NCBI GenBank assembly: GCA_963707655.1 | Contig: OY970172.1 | Location: 96,001 to 160,000, forward strand | DNA from: an uncultured bacterium | Lineage (GTDB): Bacteria; Babelota; Babeliae; Babelales; Vermiphilaceae | Direction: 5' to 3' | Length of the DNA: 64,000 nucleotides | In this document: piece by piece, positions 49,724 through 59,444 of the stretch | Position numbering within the stretch: the first letter of the stretch is position 1 | Layout of the letters: every line of letters begins with the position of its first letter | Program-made: the position numbers and the translations under genes | Notes under the pieces: model-generated | What the model was told of the DNA's origin: nothing | The model's input: the letters and a program-made list of their open reading frames with translations, nothing else | Databases searched by the model: none

Positions 49724-51253
49724 ATGAATATCAAAGAATTCGTTATGCCGGCGATAATCGCCCTTGTGTTGACCATTGGTTTCCAATATTTCTTTTTAAA
49801 CAAGAAAACAGAAGTTGTTGGCGGAGTAAAATCGGGGCAATCATTCATTGCACCGCGCACTATGAGTGAGGCAAAGCCGCTTAATTTGGAAGTTAATTTT
49901 TTGGGGGATCATTATACCCATGAACCGAAAAAAACGGTTGTTGAAACTCCGTATGCGACTTTTACTTTTTCTGAAGAAGGCGCATCGCTTGAGCGTTTGA
50001 CTTTCAAAGAGCATGTTCACGAATCACCAACATTAATGTCTACTATCAATGCAACTGAACAGACCCAGAGAGAAGAACGTTGCTTTTTGGTGGCATTTAA
50101 TACCGTTACTCCCTATTATTACTATTTAAAGAGCGTAAGCGCGACAGAAATGGGAACTGAACTTGTATATGAGGTACAGACTCAGCAAGGTGTTATAGGG
50201 AAAAAATTTCTAATCCATAACAACAAGCATCAAGTTGATCTTACGATTACCGTTGATCCAAAGAGTAAAGATGCTATTGGATTGCGTGTTATGTATCCCT
50301 CGCCATTTATGCAAGAAATAGCCAAAGATGACACATACTCCGCGTTGGTTATTAATGATCAGAATGCGTTAGAAAAAATTGCGCGCAAAAAAATGGATAC
50401 GCATCGTGGTTGGTTTGGGCCAGCGATATTTGGCGGAGAAAACAAGTATTTTATTCATGCGATGGTAGAAGATCCGCAGCATTTTGCAGAGCGCGCGTAT
50501 TATAAAATGGCCTGCAGCTCCATGATTTCCATCATTGAAGGCCCATCGATAGAAGAAAAGAGCAGTTGGAACCTAAGCTTTTATATGGGGCCAAAAACAG
50601 AGCATGCTATCGCACAAGTTGACCAACGCTTAGAAGGGGCCATCGAATATTCAGGATGGTTGGCACCATTATCGCGATTGCTATTATACCTTCTTAAGTT
50701 CTTGCATCGTTATGTGCACAATTACGGTCTTGCGATTGTCCTGCTTACTATAGCCATTAAATTGATATTAATGCCCTTCTCATTTAAGGGAAAACATGCA
50801 CGGAAAAAACAAGAAGAATATCAAAGAAAGCTTGCCTACATACAGCAAAAATATAAAAATGAACCGGAATTACTCGCACGTGAGCGCGCCGATTTAATTC
50901 GTAAGCATGGTATGCCGGGACTAGGCGCAGCGGTGCCTATGTTATTGCAATTTCCTCTTTTTATTGCCTTAAATAGAGTGCTTTCAAGTTCTATCGAAAT
51001 GTATAAAGCGCCATTTTTATGGATCCCCGATCTTTCAGGATATGATCCTTATTATATTTTAGCGATATTGATAACGGTAAGTATGCTTGTTAATGCATTG
51101 TTTGTTGATTCAAAGCAGCGACTCTCTATGTTGGCTGTGGGGTTAGTAATTGGTGCCTTCGCAGCAAACTTTTCTGCCGGTTTAGCGTTGTTTGTTTTAG
51201 TCAATACTGCAATGACGGTGCTACAAACACTGGTGCAGGGTAAGGTGGCGTAA
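49724..51253 (+). CDS. yidC: Membrane protein insertase YidC
   Basis: N-terminal TM, large periplasmic domain, YMGPK, NYGLAIVLLT, FLWIPDLS-DPYYIL. Confidence 0.9.
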   Translation: MNIKEFVMPAIIALVLTIGFQYFFLNKKTEVVGGVKSGQSFIAPRTMSEAKPLNLEVNFLGDHYTHEPKKTVVETPYATFTFSEEGASLERLTFKEHVHESPTLMSTINATEQTQREERCFLVAFNTVTPYYYYLKSVSATEMGTELVYEVQTQQGVIGKKFLIHNNKHQVDLTITVDPKSKDAIGLRVMYPSPFMQEIAKDDTYSALVINDQNALEKIARKKMDTHRGWFGPAIFGGENKYFIHAMVEDPQHFAERAYYKMACSSMISIIEGPSIEEKSSWNLSFYMGPKTEHAIAQVDQRLEGAIEYSGWLAPLSRLLLYLLKFLHRYVHNYGLAIVLLTIAIKLILMPFSFKGKHARKKQEEYQRKLAYIQQKYKNEPELLARERADLIRKHGMPGLGAAVPMLLQFPLFIALNRVLSSSIEMYKAPFLWIPDLSGYDPYYILAILITVSMLVNALFVDSKQRLSMLAVGLVIGAFAANFSAGLALFVLVNTAMTVLQTLVQGKVA

Positions 51254-51856
51254 ATGTTAAAAGATTTGCCCAGCCTTGAGCAGTTGATTAAAGTCTTGCA
51301 GCAAGTGCCTTATTTGGCATCGAAAAACATTTATCGCGTAGGTTCTTATTTTTTGCAGCTTGAACAGAATAAGCTAGAGCAATTTTGTGATATTTTATTG
51401 GAAGCCAAGAAAAAAGTAGTCCCCTGCATTCGTTGTTATACATGGCGAGAAACGGATCGCGATTGCGCTTTTTGTTCGTCAATAAAACGCGATCAGAAAA
51501 CCGTATGTGTTATCGAGAGTTGGCAAGAACTTATTGCGATTGAAAAAACTGGCGGTTATCAAGGAGTGTACCACGTGCTCGGTGGGGTTATTTGCCCTTT
51601 GGACGGTATTGGTCCCGATGACTTAACTATTCAGGCCTTGATAGAGCGGGTTGATAAAGAGGGCATCAAAGAAATTATTTTGGCCATGAACCAAACGCCG
51701 GAAGGTGAAGCCACCATAGCGTATATTGGGCGCAAATTGAAAGATAGGCAGGTGCTTGTATCCTGTCTTGCGCGGGGAATTCCCGTTGGCTCTCATTTGG
51801 AGTCTATTGATCGCTTGACAGTGTATAAAGCTCTTTCTGAACGGCGACCTTTTTAG
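51254..51856 (+). CDS. recR: Recombination protein RecR
   Basis: C4 Zn finger, YHVLGG, DGIGP, EGEAT Toprim motifs. Confidence 0.94.
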   Translation: MLKDLPSLEQLIKVLQQVPYLASKNIYRVGSYFLQLEQNKLEQFCDILLEAKKKVVPCIRCYTWRETDRDCAFCSSIKRDQKTVCVIESWQELIAIEKTGGYQGVYHVLGGVICPLDGIGPDDLTIQALIERVDKEGIKEIILAMNQTPEGEATIAYIGRKLKDRQVLVSCLARGIPVGSHLESIDRLTVYKALSERRPF

Positions 51857-51862
51857 GAGAAA

Positions 51863-53197
51863 ATGACAATGACAAACAATTTCTCAATCTATGCTGCGCG
51901 CAGAAAAGATCTGGCTGCATCGGTGAAAAATTCCCACAAAAAAGAAAACGGAGTAGTTTTTCTCTTTGCCGGTTTTGAAAACGAGCGCATGCGTTTTCGG
52001 CAAGAGAGTTCATTTTATTATTATACCGGCATTACTGAGCCTGGTTGTGTACTGGCTGTTGATTTAGGCGGTAAAGCAACTCTATGGGTGCCTCATACTA
52101 CCACCAAGCGTGCGCAATGGGTTGAAGCCGATATACCGTTGACACAGGAAAATGCACAAAAATTTGGTATTAATGAAATAAAGTTTTTGGGAAGCAAGAG
52201 TTTGGGATATCAATTCCACCATTTCTTTTATCAAGAAGAATATGAGAATTTCATTGCATTTATTCACCAGTGCGTAGCAGATGATATCGCTATGTTTACC
52301 CTTAATCCCGATGACGCATCTTCCTATGCCGAGCAACGTTTGATACTACAGCGTCTGCATAAATTCGTTTCGCAGCATTTCTCCCTGCACGATATATCTC
52401 CTCTCATACATGCGGCTAGACGACGCAAAGATATGCATGAAATTGAATTGATGTATCAGGCAATCGATATTACTAGTTTAGCGCAAGAGGCTGCAGCTAG
52501 GGCGATAGCTCCCGGCGTGAATGAAGCTGAAGTGCAGGCAAGTTTGGAATATATGATGACCGGATCAAAGGCTCGTATAGCATTTCCTTCCATTGTGGCG
52601 GGAGGTAAAAATGGCACTGTTTTGCATTACATGAGCAATTCTGCCTCCTTACAAAAGGGTGATTTGGTTGTTGTTGATATTGGAGCCGAGCATAACTACT
52701 ACTGTGCTGATATTACGCGCACGTACCCAGTATCGGGCAAGTTTTCTGCGCGTCAGCGCGAATTATACAATCTCGTCTTAAATACGCAAGAATACATAGC
52801 TGGCCTTGCCAAGCCAGGTTATTGGCTTTCCAATAAAGAACATCCAGACAAATCATTGCACCACTTAGCCAAAAAATTTCTTGATGAACATGGCTATGGA
52901 CGCTACTTTGTTCACGGCATAGGGCATTTCTTAGGACTCGATGTTCACGACGTGGGAAATTATGAAGAGCCGTTGCAAGAGGGTGATGCCTTCACCATAG
53001 AGCCCGGTATTTACATTCCTGAAGAAAAAATTGGTATTCGCATTGAAGACAACTATTGGCTCGCAAAAGATACGCTGATTTGCTTGAGCGAACATTTACC
53101 AAAAACGATTGCAGAGATTGAGACAATGATGCAAGTCGGTGCGGATGAAGGTGGTGTAGAGGACGACCACCTGGAAGATGATTTTGCGCAAGGGTGA
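51863..53197 (+). CDS. pepP: Xaa-Pro aminopeptidase (M24)
   Basis: FRQESSFYYYTG, VDIGAE, ADITRT, HGIGHFLGLDVHD, TIEPGIY, GIRIED. Confidence 0.9.
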   Translation: MTMTNNFSIYAARRKDLAASVKNSHKKENGVVFLFAGFENERMRFRQESSFYYYTGITEPGCVLAVDLGGKATLWVPHTTTKRAQWVEADIPLTQENAQKFGINEIKFLGSKSLGYQFHHFFYQEEYENFIAFIHQCVADDIAMFTLNPDDASSYAEQRLILQRLHKFVSQHFSLHDISPLIHAARRRKDMHEIELMYQAIDITSLAQEAAARAIAPGVNEAEVQASLEYMMTGSKARIAFPSIVAGGKNGTVLHYMSNSASLQKGDLVVVDIGAEHNYYCADITRTYPVSGKFSARQRELYNLVLNTQEYIAGLAKPGYWLSNKEHPDKSLHHLAKKFLDEHGYGRYFVHGIGHFLGLDVHDVGNYEEPLQEGDAFTIEPGIYIPEEKIGIRIEDNYWLAKDTLICLSEHLPKTIAEIETMMQVGADEGGVEDDHLEDDFAQG

Positions 53198-53305
53198 TGT
53201 TAACAGTATTTGATCATAGTCTTTTTGCTTGCCATGTGGTACTTTAAAACTTAAAGCATCGGTTTACTTATTAAGAGAATTAAGACCGGTATTGTATACA
53301 ATTTA

Positions 53306-53336
53306 AAGAGGGTTGGTAGAAAATGCCGACCCTTTT
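53306..53336 (+). terminator. Hairpin after pepP (degenerate copy of the 54336-54395 hairpin)
   Basis: AAGAGGGTTGGTA / TGCCGACCCTTTT stem with G-U pairs. Confidence 0.55.
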
Positions 53337-53371
53337 CAATTATCTGTTGTTGATTACCAAAAGGACTTATT

Positions 53372-54295
53372 ATGAGCTTTACATCAGTAGCCCGCAGTGT
53401 AGCATTATGCGGATTAATCACGTGCGCTTCATATGGCAATGAATCTCTTAATGAGCCAACAGTATTAGGCAATGTCTTGGGCTCCATTGGCACATCACTA
53501 CCCATTAGATTATTTAGTATCTATATTCATGCTAACGTTAGCTCTGTAAAAAAATACTTCTATACGTTTCGCTGCAAACTTACTGATGAGTTGGCGAGTA
53601 ACCAGTATCAAGAATGGCTCAAAGAGGCACATGTTACAATGGCAATTCCCCTCATAGAGCAAAAACCGGTAAAAATACTCTGTGATAATGACGTACCCGA
53701 AGACAATGATCATAGTGTTATTGGATGTTGTTCTTCAAGGGATATGTATCTTAATGAATCAACATTAAAGTCTATGTCCATTGGCGCACAACGGTGCACA
53801 GTATTTCATGAAGCTGTTCACCGTAAATATCACGATGATGCCGTTACAGATCTCGCCGTGTGCGCTTGTTATTTGGCGGGATCATTGAGTGTATGCAAGG
53901 CAGCACATTATATAAGATCGTGCAGAACTTTTCGATCCTTAGCATTGGGTATGGGTGCAGGAGCTTTATCGGCCGTTATAACATCAATCGCAGCCCCAAA
54001 AATAAAGAGGTTTCTAATAAATTTTTGTGAGCGCCGCGCAGATATAGAAGCGTTTTATTCATCTCAATGTTCAAAATGCGTAGAGGGATGCATAGATAAA
54101 GAGTTTAATGATGATGATGGGTCGAATGGGATGGGCTACTTGCAAGCGAGTGAATTGCGCGCCATAGCGCAAGAGTTACATGAGCATGATGCATTATGTA
54201 CTTGGCATAAGGTAGAAATCGACTCTTTTAGAAAAAAATATTTAAAAAGTCAGTCTTTTGCGCGCCCATATTATGGTGGACCAAAACCAAAATGA
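53372..54295 (+). CDS. Putative M48-like zinc metalloprotease
   Basis: HEAVH (HExxH), two hydrophobic helices, then ERRADIEA (ExxAD); Cys-rich C-terminus. Confidence 0.6.
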   Translation: MSFTSVARSVALCGLITCASYGNESLNEPTVLGNVLGSIGTSLPIRLFSIYIHANVSSVKKYFYTFRCKLTDELASNQYQEWLKEAHVTMAIPLIEQKPVKILCDNDVPEDNDHSVIGCCSSRDMYLNESTLKSMSIGAQRCTVFHEAVHRKYHDDAVTDLAVCACYLAGSLSVCKAAHYIRSCRTFRSLALGMGAGALSAVITSIAAPKIKRFLINFCERRADIEAFYSSQCSKCVEGCIDKEFNDDDGSNGMGYLQASELRAIAQELHEHDALCTWHKVEIDSFRKKYLKSQSFARPYYGGPKPK

Positions 54296-54335
54296 TAGGC
54301 CTTTAGCCTAATATCTCATTGGTATCAGCATTATA

Positions 54336-54395
54336 GTATTCAACAATAAAAAAGGGTCGGCATTTTTGTGCCGACCCTTTTTTATTGTTGAATAC
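54336..54395. terminator. Perfect 27-bp inverted repeat; bidirectional terminator
   Basis: GTATTCAACAATAAAAAAGGGTCGGCA-TTTTTG-TGCCGACCCTTTTTTATTGTTGAATAC between convergent genes. Confidence 0.85.
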
Positions 54396-54401
54396 GGTCA
54401 A

Positions 54402-55070
54402 TTACCGATTGAAGTAGGTAACAATTTTTTCACTTTTAACGATGGTCATTATTCCGGCTGCGAAAGTAGCAAGGCCTGCGCCGCTTTGGATTATGCCTTT
54501 GGTTATCGGGTGAGAAAGAATTTTTGCGCAACGGCCAAAAAATGTTTTATTTTCTTGACCTTGGTCTTGCACGGCTTGAGCGGTACACGCTTGCTGAATT
54601 CCTTTAACAAACATCCATGCGCCCCCGCCACAGCACATAAGGCCCGCACAGTTTAAAGCAGCTGTTTTTATGAGATGTGGTAATGAGTGAGTAATGGTTG
54701 TTGAAAATCTATTTAACGAGCCGTCTATGTTGGATGAAAATTGATTTGCTATAGTGCCTACAGATGCTACCTGTCTGGTGAGTGCCTGATTAGCGGCCGA
54801 TACTGTTTGAGCGGCAGTGTTTTGCAGACTTCCTGTTGCTTCTGCAATGGAATTTCCTGCGTTGGCAAGGGAATTACCCGCCTGTTGTAAGGTGCTTTCC
54901 ACGCCTGAGATTGCTTGTAATGTATTTTTATCTAATCCGATCCCGAATTTTCCGGGAAGCTTAATTGTGGGAATTACCGTCTGCGGGAAATCATCATGAT
55001 CCATAGCTAGGGTGAAGCTTGATACTAAAACCATTAATCCCATTATATATTTTATTGAATTTTTCTTCAT
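54402..55070 (-). CDS. Secreted protein with heptad repeats and a C-terminal two-helix hydrophobic hairpin
   Basis: Signal ...SFTLA-MDH; AGNSLAN/AGNSIAE repeats; paralogous to the next gene. Confidence 0.7.
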   Translation of the reverse strand: MKKNSIKYIMGLMVLVSSFTLAMDHDDFPQTVIPTIKLPGKFGIGLDKNTLQAISGVESTLQQAGNSLANAGNSIAEATGSLQNTAAQTVSAANQALTRQVASVGTIANQFSSNIDGSLNRFSTTITHSLPHLIKTAALNCAGLMCCGGGAWMFVKGIQQACTAQAVQDQGQENKTFFGRCAKILSHPITKGIIQSGAGLATFAAGIMTIVKSEKIVTYFNR

Positions 55071-55176
55071 GAAAATACCTCCATTGATTTTTTATTGTTA
55101 TCATTAAGTATAAACAATTCATTAAAAATTGCCAATCTGAAAATTTTATGGAGATAGGGAAAGTGGGGAAAAGGGC

Positions 55177-55548
55177 TTATTTGCTGACGAGATCGAGCAT
55201 TGTGTCGCTGTGTCTTATGCCGAGGTACCCGGTGAGTGTGATGAGTGCTCCCGTTGTTATGTATAGGATCGATGCTGCATTAAGCTGGACTCCGGTTGGC
55301 TGTTGATCTTTGTCTTTAGTTATCGCAGCGTCTATCCCTTTGCATATCAACGCTATGCCACAAAACCCCGCGCCGGCGGATACGGCATTGAGTGCGCTGT
55401 GTTTAGAAATTATTTCTACCTTGTGAAGAGTTTCTGGTTGCGAATATTCGAGCCAACCGAATTTTCCTTTTTTTTCCTCGGTCTGTGCAGGTGAAAGAGG
55501 AGTGGCTGTTAAAAGGAGCGTGAAAGTCAGTATCTGATATGTATTCAT
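55177..55548 (-). CDS. Secreted or membrane protein, short paralogue of 54402-55070
   Basis: Signal peptide; shared GKFG, ALN and KGI motifs and two hydrophobic helices. Confidence 0.65.
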   Translation of the reverse strand: MNTYQILTFTLLLTATPLSPAQTEEKKGKFGWLEYSQPETLHKVEIISKHSALNAVSAGAGFCGIALICKGIDAAITKDKDQQPTGVQLNAASILYITTGALITLTGYLGIRHSDTMLDLVSK

Positions 55549-55628
55549 GAATATTCCTTGAATAAAAACAGCGTTGGTTTTTCTGTAAAGTAATACTTTA
55601 TTGTTTAAAAAGCAAATGAGCGAGATCT

Positions 55629-57209
55629 TTATTTGCCAATACGATTACCTATAAAAAGTAATATAATGCATGATGTGATGCCGCTTGCCAACGCAGCGCA
55701 TGCCGTTGCTAGCACACCGTAGGGGGCGACGAATCCTGCCACTAAAAAAGCGATTAACGAGGCAATGATTGCCGGTAGGGCATAGAAAAATTGTGTGTAT
55801 ACATGGTCCAAGGGATAACAGCCGGCGCTGGTAGACGCCATTATGGTCGTTTCTGAAATTGGTGAAATATGGTCACCGCAGACCGCTCCCGAAAACACTG
55901 CACCAAGAAGAGGAAATAGCAGTGGGATTTGCTCTGGATACGCAGATGTCGTTTGAAGCAGCGTGGTTATCAATTGAATTGTTATAGGGAGCATGAGTGC
56001 GATGGTACCCCAGGAAGTGCCGGTAATTATTGCGACAATTGCCGAGATGATAAAAATCATGCAAGGCAAAAAGTGAAGAGCAGTTGTCCCATGGATAATA
56101 TCAGCCAGATAAACCCCGACCTGAAGATCTTGCTTAAATAGTGTCCCCAGAAGAGAAGCGAGAAAGAGCGTTATGATTGCACCGCGCATGAGCTCAAAGC
56201 CTTGTGCAAAAATAGTTTTCAGGTGAGATATGTGCAACGTTTTTCTGAAATAAAAGAAAACAATAGAAAAAAGAAGAGTAAAGCTAGAGGCAACAAAGAA
56301 GACAAAGAATGTGCTTGTGTTGTTTCTCAACGCATTTAAGAAGCCATTGGTTCCGCCAAATAATGTATACCCTCCCATGAAGAGGAGTCCAAAAAAGACA
56401 GAGAAAATAAGCAGTGCTAAAGGCAAAAGAAGATCAATTACGGTGCCGCGAGAGCCTTCATGCATAGCGAGGTGTTGAGCTATAGGATTTTTCCCGCCAA
56501 AAAGATTGTCTGTTTGTGCGGCTATTTTTTCTTGCGTATGCATGGGACCATAAGAAATTTTCATCCGTACAATACAATAGACTGAAATAATCATAAAAAT
56601 CGAGTAAAAAATAAAAGGTATAGTAGCCAGGTAGATAAAGAAAGGGTCAGCAATGACGCGAGCCGATGGGTTGTCTATGCTGACACCGGCTAGGTCGAGC
56701 TGGCCTGTGATCATGGCGACCCAGCTTGAGACAGGGACCAGAATGACCAGGGGGCTACTGAATGAGTGTATCAAAAAAGCGAGTTTGGCGCGGGGTATGT
56801 GAAAACGATCGGTGAGGGGGCGTATGACGTAACCCACGGTTAGATTACTCAGATAGTCATCTATAAATAAAAGAGCGGATATGCCGAGCGATGCGGTTTC
56901 TACCGATCGGGCGCTGCGTAATCGTTTCGTTATTTCATTGGCAAATGCCCTGGCTCCGCCGGTATAACCCAGCAGTATGATAAGAGTGCCTATAATTATC
57001 AAAAAAGAATACATATAGAGGTAGTCTATAGTGCAAATCTGATCGATGCAGCGTTGTGCTATCAAGCTTACTGTTTTGGAAAGTGAACAGTCGGTGCTAA
57101 CGCATGCGGCGCTCAATACTCCTATCATAAGCGCTCTATTAAGGCTTTGAGTGATAAGTACGGTGCCGAGAACGAAGAATGGAGGAACTAAGACAAGCCA
57201 ACTCTGCAT
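55629..57209 (-). CDS. NhaC-family Na+/H+ antiporter or transporter
   Basis: FIDDY, PVSSW, TGTSWGT, GAVCGDHISPISETTI, DHVYTQ; about 12 TM segments. Confidence 0.88.
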   Translation of the reverse strand: MQSWLVLVPPFFVLGTVLITQSLNRALMIGVLSAACVSTDCSLSKTVSLIAQRCIDQICTIDYLYMYSFLIIIGTLIILLGYTGGARAFANEITKRLRSARSVETASLGISALLFIDDYLSNLTVGYVIRPLTDRFHIPRAKLAFLIHSFSSPLVILVPVSSWVAMITGQLDLAGVSIDNPSARVIADPFFIYLATIPFIFYSIFMIISVYCIVRMKISYGPMHTQEKIAAQTDNLFGGKNPIAQHLAMHEGSRGTVIDLLLPLALLIFSVFFGLLFMGGYTLFGGTNGFLNALRNNTSTFFVFFVASSFTLLFSIVFFYFRKTLHISHLKTIFAQGFELMRGAIITLFLASLLGTLFKQDLQVGVYLADIIHGTTALHFLPCMIFIISAIVAIITGTSWGTIALMLPITIQLITTLLQTTSAYPEQIPLLFPLLGAVFSGAVCGDHISPISETTIMASTSAGCYPLDHVYTQFFYALPAIIASLIAFLVAGFVAPYGVLATACAALASGITSCIILLFIGNRIGK

Positions 57210-57329
57210 AAAATCCTTAAAGCCTTTATTTGTATGACATATTCATTCATTAGAGATTACAAATATATAGTTTGGGCAAAATAAACTCAATAAAAGGGGA
57301 ATATTTTCAAAAATTTCTTTTTTGTCTGT

Positions 57330-57358
57330 TTGACCAAAGCCTGTTTTTGCTTTAAATT
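57330..57358 (+). promoter_or_regulatory. Putative sigma70 promoter for rplM
   Basis: TTGACC-17 nt-TAAATT. Confidence 0.4.
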
Positions 57359-57424
57359 AAACAATGTTCCGTTCGTTATTTTTTGATAATTACAAATAAA
57401 TTCAGATTAAAGGGTTGTTTCCCC

Positions 57425-57850
57425 ATGGACATGAATAGAATATTTTTCTTGCGTAAAGAAGATAAAGCACCAAAATGGCATTTGATCGATGCTGAAGGTG
57501 AAGTGCTTGGACGCTTAGCAACCAAAGTGGCTAATATATTGCGTGGTAAAGATAAACCACAATATACCCCCCATGCTGACGCTGGCGATTACGTGGTTAT
57601 CATCAATGCAGATAAGATTGTATTGACCGGTAATAAGTGGGAAGGCAAGATTTATGACCGTTACACTGGTTGGATGGGTGGCTATAAAGTTACCACAGCT
57701 CGTGATTTGATGGCAAAACACCCGACTCGCATCGTAGAAAAAGCTATCACCGGGATGCTACCTAAGAACAAGCTTAATCGTGAATTGAGCAAAAAATTAA
57801 AAGTCTATGCCGGTGCAGAGCATCCGCATAAAGCGCAAATAGCAAAATAA
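57425..57850 (+). CDS. rplM: 50S ribosomal protein L13
   Basis: [46 protein letters not shown]. Confidence 0.97.
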   Translation: MDMNRIFFLRKEDKAPKWHLIDAEGEVLGRLATKVANILRGKDKPQYTPHADAGDYVVIINADKIVLTGNKWEGKIYDRYTGWMGGYKVTTARDLMAKHPTRIVEKAITGMLPKNKLNRELSKKLKVYAGAEHPHKAQIAK

Positions 57851-57876
57851 GCGCTGCTTTTATAGATTTTAAAATT

Positions 57877-57910
57877 AAATAGGGTGATCAATTGATCACC
57901 CTATTTTTTT
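57877..57910. terminator. Perfect 30-bp palindrome plus T-tract between rplM and rseP
   Basis: AAATAGGGTGATCAA|TTGATCACCCTATTT followed by TTTT. Confidence 0.8.
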
Positions 57911-57930
57911 GCTGAAAAAGAATCCCGTAA

Positions 57931-59118
57931 TTATTTCGAGTATTTTGAAAAGAATGATTTCATGCATGAAGCGATTCCATTAAAGCTTATTCCGCACGAT
58001 TCAAGAATGCGAATAATGTCTTTATAGCAGAGATAGATGAACAAAAACCCAAAGATTATCCATGTTCCAATAAAGATACCTTCTCGAACGCGATTTGGTA
58101 TTGAGCGACCGATCAGGGCTTCAATGGCATAGAAAAGAATTTGACCGCCATCAAGGATGGGGAGTGGAATGAGGTTTAAAATAGCCAGATTAATGCTGAT
58201 AATGGCCAAGAATATGATAAAATTAGCAAATCCTGAGCGGCTTTCTTTGCCCGAGACTGACATGATCATTAATGGGCCGGCCATTGAGCTGACATCGAAT
58301 TGAGTAAAGATATGCTTGAATGAAGCAAAGGTGCCATAAATATATTTATTGGCTAACTCTATGCCATTGCGGATTGCGCTCATGAGCGGCATGGGGGCAA
58401 GTGGAGCAGCTTGTAATACAATACCCGCATAGCCCGTTTCTTTACCCATTACATTTTTGGCGGCCGGCATAAATGCTACATTTTTCTCTTCGCCATTTCT
58501 TTCTATTGTTAAAACAAGGGGTTTGCCAGCCGAATTGGCGATCTCACTATAAAGAAGGGGGGCGGTTTCAAAAATTTTACCGTTATACGATATGATTTTA
58601 TCCCCTTCAAGCAATCCGGCTTGCTGGGCAGGGCTTTCTTTTTCCACCATTTCAACCACTGGAGTTGCATATAAGGGGTAGGTAAAGCGGGATTGTGGCA
58701 TTCCTGTCATAAAAATGATAATAAAGGCTACATAGGCAAAAAAGAGATTAAAAAGAATGCCGCCACTCATAATAAGAAATTTTTGATAAAAGGGCTTGGC
58801 GGTAAATGAAAAGCGCGAGCGGCTGTTTTTGTGGCCTTCCTGCGTGTCCCCCATACCGGTCATCTGTACGTAACCACCCAAGGGGATAGCGGACAATGAA
58901 AATTCGGTTCCGCCTATTTTTTTCGCTAAAAGGCGCGGTCCGAATCCTATAGAAAAGGCTGGTGTGTCGACTCTAAAAAGTTTGGCAAAGAGAAAATGAC
59001 CCAATTCATGGAATCCGATTAAAAATCCTATGCCGAGTATGCCGGCAAGCATCCCAAATGTTCCTGTTACATGTGCGCCAATGTTGGGCAAAAAGGCTAA
59101 TAGCTTGGAAAATATCAT
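57931..59118 (-). CDS. rseP: RIP metalloprotease RseP (M50) with a PDZ domain
   Basis: HELGH, FSIGFGP, IPLGGYV, NLIPLPILDGG. Confidence 0.93.
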   Translation of the reverse strand: MIFSKLLAFLPNIGAHVTGTFGMLAGILGIGFLIGFHELGHFLFAKLFRVDTPAFSIGFGPRLLAKKIGGTEFSLSAIPLGGYVQMTGMGDTQEGHKNSRSRFSFTAKPFYQKFLIMSGGILFNLFFAYVAFIIIFMTGMPQSRFTYPLYATPVVEMVEKESPAQQAGLLEGDKIISYNGKIFETAPLLYSEIANSAGKPLVLTIERNGEEKNVAFMPAAKNVMGKETGYAGIVLQAAPLAPMPLMSAIRNGIELANKYIYGTFASFKHIFTQFDVSSMAGPLMIMSVSGKESRSGFANFIIFLAIISINLAILNLIPLPILDGGQILFYAIEALIGRSIPNRVREGIFIGTWIIFGFLFIYLCYKDIIRILESCGISFNGIASCMKSFFSKYSK

Positions 59119-59317
59119 AACGACGAACTCCTGGATAAGAAAAATACTATTTGTTTGACGCAAGATAAGGTATCATAGTTCTTTTGCCCCGTCCACGAAT
59201 GAAGATAAAATATAGGAATCGTACGATACTGTCGGCATTGCGGCGTGGTTAGGCAGAATGTTGGCCAAGCTTGCTTGCAACAATAAAGCTGAAAATGCGT
59301 TTTTTATCTGATTGTTC

Positions 59318-59345
59318 TTGAAAAAATTATCAAAAAGGGTAAAAT
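59318..59345 (+). promoter_or_regulatory. Putative sigma70 promoter of the str operon
   Basis: TTGAAA-16 nt-TAAAAT upstream of rpsL. Confidence 0.4.
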
Positions 59346-59444
59346 ACTTACTAACCCTTGTCATATAGTTTTTGGTGGTTGTAAAGCAAGTTTTTAAGTT
59401 TTGCAAAAAAATTATCACCCTTTTAATTTTAGGAATGTTTTAAT

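Noticed and set aside
59173..59418. 81-aa minus-strand ORF or a possible ncRNA between rseP and rpsL
   Set aside because: Overlaps the likely divergent promoters; only a weak G-U-rich hairpin (about 59231-59265) and no recognisable RNA family
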